Assembly: GCA_038245905.1 (NCBI GenBank)
Contig: JBBRRY010000002.1
Coordinates: 32,001 to 96,000, forward strand
Reading direction: 5' to 3'
Source: Thermoanaerobaculia bacterium
GTDB taxonomy: Bacteria > Acidobacteriota > Thermoanaerobaculia > UBA5066
DNA: 64,000 nt
How positions within the stretch are numbered: position 1 is the first letter of the stretch; each line of letters begins with the position of its first letter. The notes below the pieces were generated by a model, which saw only the letters and a list, made by a program, of their open reading frames with translations, did not search any database and was not told the origin of the DNA. Both the position numbers and the translations under genes were made by a program. Positions 56,231 through 64,000 of the stretch are shown one piece after another.

Positions 56231-58506
56231 GGGACGAACCCGCCGGTCTCACACGCGGGCCTCGAAAGACGCGTCGCCGCGCCCGACGGATCGCCGCCCC
56301 GCCAGAACGGGAGCTGATCGAAGCGATGCCGGGAGCCCACGTGCCCGGAGACGCCGAACGGGATGACGAGGGTCGCCTCGTCCGGCGTGCCCCAGTCCAC
56401 GATGAAACGCATGGACTGCCCGAACGTCGGAGACGCGACGCGCACGACGCCCGTCGCCCCCTGCTGCGGGAACGAAGGCGGGTCGAAGAGCCAGGACAAT
56501 CCGGGCACGCGTCCGAGCGGATGGCGTACGGCGAGCCGGTTGGCCTCGCCCCACTGGAGCCGGGTTGCGTCCTTGCCGTATTTCGCCTCGAGATCGGCGA
56601 ACGCGTCGTCCCATGCGCTTTTCACGAAGCCAGCCTTCGCGCCGAGACCGGCGCCGCGGAACATCGCGTCGTCCGCACGCGCGAGATCGAGGACTCGGTA
56701 TTCCGCGAGGCCGAAGTCCGGAGCGACACGCCACGCCTTGAGCGCCTGCTCCCCGAACTTCCGGCGAAACACGCGTGCGACGAGGAAACGCGAGGACGCC
56801 GCCTCGGCTCGTCCGTCCCAGTCGTGAAAACGCGCGCCCCAGTCCGGCGGAAGAAAGGGAACGAGCGCCTCCATCGTGGCCGCGAGGACCGGCGACGCCG
56901 TATCGAGCTGCATCGCCTCGACAGCGGCGCGATCGAGCTTCTGTCCCGCACGCCCCGCCCCTTCGAGCATCGTCGCGATCCGACGCGCCCGTGCGGGCGA
57001 GGGCGAGTCGGTCCCGAGGACGTGAGGCCAGCTCGTGCCCGCGACGCGTTGATTCGCGGTCGCAAGAAATCCCTCTCTGGGGTTCACGAGGCGCGGCATT
57101 TCGTCCTGGGGGACAAACCCGGTCCAGTCGTTCCGAGCGTCCGAGCCGTCGTAGGGAATGCTGCCGTCCGTTCCGGGGCGGCGGACCGGCACGAGGCCCG
57201 TCGCCCGCCAGCCGATATTCCCGCCGGAGTCCGCCCAGACGACGTTCTGCCCGGGCGCGAGGAACCCATCGAGCGCTCTCTCGACACTCTCGGCGTCCCC
57301 GGCCCGCATCACGTTCGAAGACGGAAGCCTCAGGTTCGCGGGGTCCAGCGCGACCCACTTCAGGGCGAGATTCTCCGTGACGAGAGGACCGTGCGACGTC
57401 GAGCGGACGACGAGTCGCTCCGCGGCGGCTCCACGGACCGAAATCGTCTCCTCGCGCAGGGCGACTTTCTCCCACTCCGCGCCGCGCTTCGCCCCGCTGT
57501 CGACAATCGTCTCCCTGTAGAGGTCCTGCACGTCGGAATAGAGGTTCGTGAACGCCCACGCGACGCGCTCGTTCCGTCCCAGCGTCACGCCGGGCAGGCC
57601 GGGCAGCGTGACCCCCTCGACGAGGTGCCCGCCGATGACGAACCGCATGGGCAGCCAGATTCCAGGCGCGCCGATTCCGAGGTGCGGATCGTTCGCCAGG
57701 ATCGGCTTGCCGCTCTTCGTGAGGGCGCCCGAAACGGCCCAGCTGTTCGATCCCGGCGCCTCGTCCGGATCGCCCTCCGCCCGGAAGCCGAGGGCCCGGG
57801 TGGGCGCCGCATCGCCCGGAACCGGCAGCGGCGGCAGTTCGGGCTTCCCGGCATCGGGAACGAGCACGAGATCGTCGGCCGTGAAGCCGGACGTGAGGAA
57901 GCGCCGCACGGAGGACGGCCGCGAGAGGAGGCGCTCCGTGGCGATCTCTTTCCTCCACGTGGAGGAGATCTCCTCGCACATCATGAGAAGGACGCGGAGC
58001 GAGTCGGCGGGAGTGAATCTCCGCGGCGTCAGGCCGAGAAGGGTGAACTCGAGCCCCCAGCGTCCCTTGTGCGTGTCGAGAAAGGCGTTGATGCCGTCGG
58101 TCAGAGCGGCCACGTCCGCGCGTTCGTTCGCCGGAAGGAGCGGGACGGCCGCCTCGGCGACACGCGAGAAACCGTAGATCCTGTGCAACCGGTCCGAGGG
58201 AAGCGCGGCGCTGCCGAAGATCTCGGCGAGCTCGCCGCCCGCCAGCCGGCGCTGCAGCTCCATCTGGAAAAGCCTCTCGCGCGCCGTTAGATATCCCTGG
58301 GCCCGAGTGGCGTCTCCGGTATCGGCCGCTGTGATCGTGGCGACGCCGTGGTCGTCGAACGCGACGGTCACCCTCGCGCGGAGTCCGGGGATCTTCGGAA
58401 ACGACAGGTCCGGGAGGTTTCGGAACACGAGAACGCCGAGCGTGGCACCGGCGACGAGCACGGCCGCGACGGTCGCCGCCGCGATCCTCCCCAGCACGCG
58501 CTTCAT
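56227..58506 (-). CDS. Penicillin acylase / AHL-acylase family Ntn hydrolase
   Basis: AQGY..A.ERLFQMELQRR, GSNSWAVSG (N-terminal Ser nucleophile), ILANDPHL, GRNERVAWAFTN, ATANQR. Confidence 0.92.
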   Translation of the reverse strand: MKRVLGRIAAATVAAVLVAGATLGVLVFRNLPDLSFPKIPGLRARVTVAFDDHGVATITAADTGDATRAQGYLTARERLFQMELQRRLAGGELAEIFGSAALPSDRLHRIYGFSRVAEAAVPLLPANERADVAALTDGINAFLDTHKGRWGLEFTLLGLTPRRFTPADSLRVLLMMCEEISSTWRKEIATERLLSRPSSVRRFLTSGFTADDLVLVPDAGKPELPPLPVPGDAAPTRALGFRAEGDPDEAPGSNSWAVSGALTKSGKPILANDPHLGIGAPGIWLPMRFVIGGHLVEGVTLPGLPGVTLGRNERVAWAFTNLYSDVQDLYRETIVDSGAKRGAEWEKVALREETISVRGAAAERLVVRSTSHGPLVTENLALKWVALDPANLRLPSSNVMRAGDAESVERALDGFLAPGQNVVWADSGGNIGWRATGLVPVRRPGTDGSIPYDGSDARNDWTGFVPQDEMPRLVNPREGFLATANQRVAGTSWPHVLGTDSPSPARARRIATMLEGAGRAGQKLDRAAVEAMQLDTASPVLAATMEALVPFLPPDWGARFHDWDGRAEAASSRFLVARVFRRKFGEQALKAWRVAPDFGLAEYRVLDLARADDAMFRGAGLGAKAGFVKSAWDDAFADLEAKYGKDATRLQWGEANRLAVRHPLGRVPGLSWLFDPPSFPQQGATGVVRVASPTFGQSMRFIVDWGTPDEATLVIPFGVSGHVGSRHRFDQLPFWRGGDPSGAATRLSRPACETGGFVP

Positions 58507-58554
58507 GCGCCGGCGGCGTCCGTCAACTGCTCAAGCAATTGAGCGCCCCTGGTC

Positions 58555-59130
58555 TCAGCCCTTCTTCTTCGCGGGAGCCGCCTTCGCGAGAGGCTCGACC
58601 CACATCTCCTCCACGCGGCGCTGCTTGTCCTCGGACATGCCCATGCGATAGCGAAGGCGGATGCCGCACTGGGGAACGGGCCAGGACGACACTCCCGGAT
58701 CGGACGCGACGGGAGTTCCCTTTCCGTAGCGCTCGAGGATGCCGTCGTAAAGACCGGAGGGCGGGTCGAGGAGGTAGTGCAGCGACACGACCTTCGCGTC
58801 GAGGGCGTCGGACGCGTAGGTCACGTCGACTTTCCACGGCCGCCCCTCGGGGGTGTGCACGACTTTCAGGTCGCGGACGACTGTCTTCTTCGACGGCTCG
58901 TGCAGCGCCATGCGCTCGAACGAAAATGCGCGCGTCTGCCCGATCTCAAGGCCGGCCATCCCCGGGCAGGGGGGCGGCGTGGGCTGCGCCGCGGCAGCGC
59001 CAGTTGACGAGGCGGCCGCGCCGGCCTGAGGGCCAGTCTGTTTCGTTTGAACCTGAATCTGCGCGATCGCCGGAGGTGCGGCGAACCCCGCGAGAAAGAG
59101 GCTCGTGCAGAGGAACGGGGAAACTTTCAT
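58555..59130 (-). CDS. Secreted hypothetical protein
   Basis: RBS AGGAG; signal peptide MKVSPFLCTSLFLAGFAAPPAIAQ; no recognisable domain. Confidence 0.65.
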   Translation of the reverse strand: MKVSPFLCTSLFLAGFAAPPAIAQIQVQTKQTGPQAGAAASSTGAAAAQPTPPPCPGMAGLEIGQTRAFSFERMALHEPSKKTVVRDLKVVHTPEGRPWKVDVTYASDALDAKVVSLHYLLDPPSGLYDGILERYGKGTPVASDPGVSSWPVPQCGIRLRYRMGMSEDKQRRVEEMWVEPLAKAAPAKKKG

Positions 59131-59232
59131 CGAAACTCCTGAACGGGATGCCCGGCCGCGCCGGCACGGGGTCTCTCGGTGACGCGAGGAGCGTGCCAGA
59201 CCCGAATTCGAAGAGTGTACCAGCCGGCTCCC

Positions 59233-60663
59233 TCAGGGGGCCGTCGCAAACTCGAGGAGAACCCGTCTCATCCGGTCGATCCCGTCGACGTAAAGCGGCA
59301 GCGAAATCCCCTCATTCACGTGATGGATCGTCGACGCATCGTAGATGCTCACGGCGAAAGGAGACACCCCGTAGGCGCGCAGGCCGCGGGCCCGGATGGC
59401 GGCCGCCGACGTGACCTGCCCGCTCAGGATGTAGGGCCCGACGGGCGCGCTCTCCGGGTCCAGGCCAAACACGTTGGCGATCGCGCGATATGCGTTTCCC
59501 TCGGAGGGGCTCGACACGCAGTCCCTGGTCTCGAGGACGAGACGGAGGCGGAAGCCTCTTGCCAGGGCCCAGCCCTCGATCTCGGCGCGGGCGGACGCGA
59601 CCGGGCTTCCCGGAAGCAGCGTCTTCACGACGTGCAGGGAAAAGCCTTCAGCGATCCGTTCCACCTTGCTCACGTAAATGCTGTCCTTGAGGAGCGAACG
59701 GTAGACCTCGGGAACGAACTTCCAGAACTCCGCTTGAGGGCCGAGCTTCTCGGCTCCGTCCGTCATGTAGCGGCCCCAGACATCCGACCGCGAAGGCGCG
59801 ATGAACCGCAGGAACTCCCGCACGGCGGGGACCACGCGAACGGGCTGCTCCAGATCACGGGCCTTCAGGAATTCGCGAAACTCCTCGAGTGTTCTTTCCT
59901 CGGGTGACAGGACGTCCACCGAGAAAACTGCCTTCTGCATGGTCTCGATGCCGAAGCGCTCTACGTGCTGGTTCTTGACCTCGTTCACTCCCCCCTCGTT
60001 GAACACGTCCGTCACTCCTGCAAGGAGGTCTGGCCGGTGGTCGAAGAGCCAGCCCATACCGAGGTCTTCCCGAAGCGTCTCCTCTCCCGACTCGACGACG
60101 AAAACGATGTCGCGGAGGGGCACGAGGCCCGCACGCGTGAGCGAGGTCATCGCAAGGAGGTTCGCGACCGTCTGCCCCTTCATGTCGAGCGTCCCCCGGC
60201 CGAAGAGGTGGTCGCGGTCGAGGCCGGTGCCGCGTTCGGCCGCGAAGGGCGGCTTGGTCCATGCGCCAAGGTCTCCCGCGGGGACGACGTCCGCGTGATT
60301 CAGGAGGGCGAGCGCTCCGTCCGGAGCGCGGCCCGTGATTCGGGCAACGAGGATCGGGCGCTCCGGGTCGGCGCCGGTGATCGTCACGGGGATTCCCTCG
60401 CACACGAGGAACCGGGCGAGGAACTCGATCGCGGGACGTGTGATTCCGGGCGGATTCGTCGTGTCGATGCGTACGTACTCTACGAGAAGCTTCACGGCCT
60501 CCGTTTCCATGGCCGCGTCCGCCTCGACATCCATCCGGCGAATCGTGAGCGGCGTCGCGAGCCGCGACACGAGCGCCGGAAACCCCCAGAGCGCAAGGAC
60601 GGCAAAAACCGCGGCACCGCCATAAAGGGCGAGGCGCCGCCTTCCGTTGGAGCCCAGCTTCAT
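59233..60663 (-). CDS. M20/M25/M40-family metallopeptidase with an N-terminal membrane anchor
   Basis: VRIDTTNPPG, NHADVVP, GRGTLDMKG, GEE, NEGG, IHHVNE; start overlaps the upstream stop. Confidence 0.88.
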   Translation of the reverse strand: MKLGSNGRRRLALYGGAAVFAVLALWGFPALVSRLATPLTIRRMDVEADAAMETEAVKLLVEYVRIDTTNPPGITRPAIEFLARFLVCEGIPVTITGADPERPILVARITGRAPDGALALLNHADVVPAGDLGAWTKPPFAAERGTGLDRDHLFGRGTLDMKGQTVANLLAMTSLTRAGLVPLRDIVFVVESGEETLREDLGMGWLFDHRPDLLAGVTDVFNEGGVNEVKNQHVERFGIETMQKAVFSVDVLSPEERTLEEFREFLKARDLEQPVRVVPAVREFLRFIAPSRSDVWGRYMTDGAEKLGPQAEFWKFVPEVYRSLLKDSIYVSKVERIAEGFSLHVVKTLLPGSPVASARAEIEGWALARGFRLRLVLETRDCVSSPSEGNAYRAIANVFGLDPESAPVGPYILSGQVTSAAAIRARGLRAYGVSPFAVSIYDASTIHHVNEGISLPLYVDGIDRMRRVLLEFATAP

Positions 60664-62765
60664 GCGTTCCCGAACGCAGGCCGGCGCCGCGGAACGAGCA
60701 GGGCGGTGGCGAGCGCCAGCGCGGTGGCTGCAGAGATCATCGCCCCGATCTTCACCCACCGCGTGTCGGGCCGCAAACGCACCGCATGACGCCCCGGAGG
60801 GACGGCCAGGCCCGCGAACCCGAACGCGACCCGCGAGACGCGGGCCGGGCGGCCGTCGATCGTGGCCTCTTCCGCGGCCTCCCACAGCCGGTACAGCATG
60901 AGAAAGCCCGGACCCGGCCCCTCGACCTCGACGTCGAGAAAGAGCCCCGAGGGGCGGTCGTCGACCGCAAGGATCCGGCCCGCCGCGGGCGCGGCAGAAA
61001 CCCCCGGGACCGCTTCGTCGGCGTACGCGGTGTCGACGGGAAAGCCTTCCTCGAGCAGCCGCTTGAACACCGCGCGCCGGTCCGTAGATGCCACGAGCCT
61101 CCCTGCGAACCGGTACGGCGGAACCGGGTTCACGATCCGCTCGAGGCGCGGCCGGTAGCGCCCGTCCTCTCCCCGTTCGCTGCGGACGATCGCCGTGACG
61201 CCGACGCCCCGTACAAGGCGCTGGGCGAGCGGCGGCGTTTCCCGAACGGCGCGGGACAGAAGGCTCGACCACTCGAACGCCTCGAGGGGAAGCGACAGGT
61301 CGTAATCGACCTCGAACTGATAGCCGACCCCGAACAGCGATCCGTATGCCGGGAGCAGAGACTGCCGGCCGACGCGGGTCGCCGACTCGAGGTCACGCAG
61401 GTCGTACACCGGGACGGGCGCATAGCTGTCCCGGAAAAAAAGGCGCGGCGGGGGCGCGCCGGGGGCGACCGGGACGAGTGAGGACAGGAGCGCCGGAACG
61501 CGCGCGATCACGGAAGCGTCGTCGAGCGGCACGAGGCGCCGCGCCATGCCCTCGCGATCGATGAAAATCGCGAAAGCGAGGAGCAGCAAGACGACGCGAA
61601 GGGCGCGGGGCGAGACGGTTTCCGCGAGGCGCCTCAGCCCGAGCGCGGCGAGCCAGGCGAGACCGAATCCCGCGAGGATCAGGTGCCTTTCCGGATAGCG
61701 GATCCAGCCGAGAGGCGGCACGACCCACCTCACGAGTCCGAAGACCGGCGTCGCGTCGCCGAGCGCGAGGAGGAAGCCCGCCAGCGCGAGAAGCGCCGCC
61801 GCGATCCGTCCAGGCCCTTTCCGGACGAGTCCCGCGAGGACGAGGACCCACGCGACCCGCCCCGGCGTCACGGAGGGGAGGTACGGATAATCCGGTATCC
61901 GGGGTGCCGTCGCGACGACCGTCCAGTCGGCGATCATCCCGTCCGACGCGAGATCCGCGAGGCGCGCCAGCGCAAACGGCTTTAAGGAACTCTTGTCGAA
62001 GGTCCGTCCACTCTCCGGCGAACGGCTGCTGCGCGCCGCGGTCGCGCCCCCCGGAATGACGGAGACCGCGGCAAGACCACCAGCCACGAGAGCGCTGATC
62101 GCCAGGGCCGCGAGAGGCCGCGCGCGCCCGCGCCACCCGCTGTGTTCCTCCCACGCCGCCCAGGAGACCGCCACCGCGACAAACGCCGCATAGAGCACGA
62201 ACTCGGGCGCCGTCGCGAGAAGAATCAGCGCCGCCGCGATCGCCACCTTCGCCACCTCGCGCGTACGCGGCGCCTTCACGAGGTCGAAGACGAAGGCGGC
62301 GAACCACGGAAGAATCGAGAGAGCGGACAGCGTGGGCGGAAACGTGGCGACGGACACCGCCGTTCCGCCAAGCGCGAAGACGAGGCCGGCCACGGCCGCG
62401 GGCGCGCGCGGAACACCGAGGCGCCGCGCGAACGCGGCTAATCCCGCGAGGGCGACGGCGAGGTGGAGAAGGATCCACGCCTTCATCGCCCCGCCGAGCG
62501 GCAGCAGCAGGAAGAGAACGTTCGCGGGGTCGAAGGGCGCCGCCGACAAGCCGCCGAGAAGCGGCGACCCGCCCCAGCGGAATCGATCCACCCATGGCAG
62601 CTCCCCGCGCCCGATCGCTTCGACGAGATGCGCCTTCAGCGGAAAGAAATAGAACAGGAGGTCCCGGCCCACCGGAATGCCGGTGCCGAAAAAATCGCGA
62701 AACGGCAGGAGCGCGAGAAGGAGCGCCCCGAGGAGCGGAAGCAATTCGCGGAGACGTGCCTTCAC
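60660..62765 (-). CDS. YfhO-like polytopic membrane protein (GT-C-like)
   Basis: RDLLFYFFPLK...GELPW, IRYPER, C-terminal ATIDGRP...VPPGRHAVRL. Confidence 0.78.
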   Translation of the reverse strand: MKARLRELLPLLGALLLALLPFRDFFGTGIPVGRDLLFYFFPLKAHLVEAIGRGELPWVDRFRWGGSPLLGGLSAAPFDPANVLFLLLPLGGAMKAWILLHLAVALAGLAAFARRLGVPRAPAAVAGLVFALGGTAVSVATFPPTLSALSILPWFAAFVFDLVKAPRTREVAKVAIAAALILLATAPEFVLYAAFVAVAVSWAAWEEHSGWRGRARPLAALAISALVAGGLAAVSVIPGGATAARSSRSPESGRTFDKSSLKPFALARLADLASDGMIADWTVVATAPRIPDYPYLPSVTPGRVAWVLVLAGLVRKGPGRIAAALLALAGFLLALGDATPVFGLVRWVVPPLGWIRYPERHLILAGFGLAWLAALGLRRLAETVSPRALRVVLLLLAFAIFIDREGMARRLVPLDDASVIARVPALLSSLVPVAPGAPPPRLFFRDSYAPVPVYDLRDLESATRVGRQSLLPAYGSLFGVGYQFEVDYDLSLPLEAFEWSSLLSRAVRETPPLAQRLVRGVGVTAIVRSERGEDGRYRPRLERIVNPVPPYRFAGRLVASTDRRAVFKRLLEEGFPVDTAYADEAVPGVSAAPAAGRILAVDDRPSGLFLDVEVEGPGPGFLMLYRLWEAAEEATIDGRPARVSRVAFGFAGLAVPPGRHAVRLRPDTRWVKIGAMISAATALALATALLVPRRRPAFGNA

Positions 62766-64000
62766 GGGAGCACCCGCGGCCGAGCGAAGAGGGCGATCGC
62801 CAGGAGCGACGCGAGAGAGAGAGCGGCGCCGGAAGAGAATGCGGGGTTCTCGTATGCGAGTGCGATCTCGTGGTCTCCCCCCGGGACGTTCACGGCCATC
62901 AGGTATCCGTCCGAAGCGTGGACCTGAAGATCCGCTCCGTCCAACCGGGCATGCCAGTTCGGGTCGAACGTCCGCCCGACGAAGAGCACGGCGGCCGGAA
63001 GGCCGACCCGCACTCTGAGGCGGGCCCGACCTGCCCGGCGCTCCTCAACCGTGACGGTCCCGGCACCCCTCGGGAGGACGGCGAACTCTGCCCGCGCGTT
63101 TTCGACGTGCAGGATCCGGTCCTCTCCGAAGCGGCCGATCTCGACGACACCGGGCGGGTCGGGCGGCGCCGCCGCCGTCCTCGTGACCGTGACCCCCAGC
63201 GTCCGCAGGCGCGCGACCTTTTCCTCTCCCCATCGGAGTCGGGCGAGCGCCCGGGCGAAGCGCGCCGACGGCGCCGCCGTCATGCGGTCTATGTCGTTCT
63301 CTCCGGTGTATCGGATCCCGAACGCGACGCCGACGGCAGGGTGCAACGGATCGAGCCCGCCGGCCTCGCGAGTCCGGCGCGCGACCGTCGACGCGTCGTC
63401 GGCGCCGTCATCGTAAAAGCGGCCGGATCCCGCCTGCGCGCGCACGAGCGCGACCTCGGGCGTCTCCTTACGGTAAAGGTCCGGTGGACCGGCGGGGCAC
63501 GTCCCCGCCACGCGCCGGCTCGCATCGGCAATGAACAGAAGAGAAAGAATTCCTGCGAAGAGAGAGACGGGAAGCCGGTTGTGCGAGACGAGCCACCCGA
63601 GGGCGGCGACGAGAGCAAGAGTAAGACTTCCTAGAAGGAGGAGGGGACGGAGAGTCGCGGCCACAGCCGCGGCGGACGTGGGTCCGGAGCCCAAGCCGAC
63701 GCCCCATAAACCCTTTCTAAGAAAATCTTCCGCGCCGATCGCCAACGCGAGAAGCGAGCCGCAGACGACGGCCAATCCAGTCGCGCCCATCCGAAGCAGA
63801 TTGAAAGCCTGTCGTCGTGCCTCCACGTCCGCGAAGAAGACGCGGTCCACGCCGGCCGCCGCCGCCGCCGCGAGCGCAAACGTCACGAGGAGCCACCACT
63901 TTTCCGGATATCGAATGACCGGAAAGGCCTGCGCGAGGAAAGAGGCGCCTGGCAGAAACCGTCCGAACGAGAGCACCGCGCCCCCGAGAGCGAGAAGAAT
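62762..64000 (-). CDS. YfhO-like membrane protein, C-terminal part (start lies beyond the window end)
   Basis: Frame open to the window edge; IRYPEKW, TFDPNWHARLDG, VPGGDHEIALAY. Confidence 0.78.
   Translation of the reverse strand: MLLALGGAVLSFGRFLPGASFLAQAFPVIRYPEKWWLLVTFALAAAAAAGVDRVFFADVEARRQAFNLLRMGATGLAVVCGSLLALAIGAEDFLRKGLWGVGLGSGPTSAAAVAATLRPLLLLGSLTLALVAALGWLVSHNRLPVSLFAGILSLLFIADASRRVAGTCPAGPPDLYRKETPEVALVRAQAGSGRFYDDGADDASTVARRTREAGGLDPLHPAVGVAFGIRYTGENDIDRMTAAPSARFARALARLRWGEEKVARLRTLGVTVTRTAAAPPDPPGVVEIGRFGEDRILHVENARAEFAVLPRGAGTVTVEERRAGRARLRVRVGLPAAVLFVGRTFDPNWHARLDGADLQVHASDGYLMAVNVPGGDHEIALAYENPAFSSGAALSLASLLAIALFARPRVLP
63624..63728. repeat. Inverted pair of the TTC-N3-GAA motif (locus C)
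   Basis: AGACTTCCTAGAAGG at 63624 and CCCTTTCTAAGAAAATCT at 63711; purine-rich flank on the left. Confidence 0.55.

Noticed and set aside
57062-57080. GCAAGAAATCCCTCTCT as an additional copy of the TTC-N3-GAA motif
   Set aside because: Only a half match with no GAA/TTC partner and no paired copy; not counted.

Overview
High-GC (~70%) bacterial window. Gene style (Oar-like TonB receptor, YfhO-type membrane proteins, GxNGTxxxT/S-type extracellular repeats) suggests Acidobacteriota, probably Thermoanaerobaculia; this is inference. Bases 1-15.6 kb are a type IV pilus locus: pilY1-like (partial, missed by the ORF track), pilX, pilW, pilV, fimU, a HEAT-repeat-PilT fusion plus a second PilT, a PilS-like kinase, pilD, a YfhO-type GT-C protein and two major-type pilins. 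The rest is mostly housekeeping or accessory: PGM1-like ATP-grasp, malQ, amtB/glnK, Ser/Thr kinase, TonB receptor, korAB, vapBC, ABC transporter, psd, pip, MscS, CobW, speA, class A beta-lactamase, penicillin acylase-family protein, M20/M23 peptidases and more YfhO-like genes. Main findings: (1) a tightly coupled amidase / MamK-like actin / bitopic SPOR protein module with no magnetosome genes in the window; (2) a DedA-rhodanese with an in-frame UGA at the active-site loop and a SECIS-like hairpin, a probable selenoprotein; (3) an AT-rich TTC-N3-GAA motif with purine-rich flanks that recurs as inverted pairs inside unrelated genes; (4) a PilY1-like protein with about 415 aa of Pro/Thr repeat shortly after its MIDAS motif; (5) PilD with a PAS-like insertion; (6) sigma54-like pilin promoters with a non-canonical -12 (TTGA). 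No rRNA, tRNA, CRISPR array or IS element was recognised. All family calls come from motif recognition by eye, not database searches.
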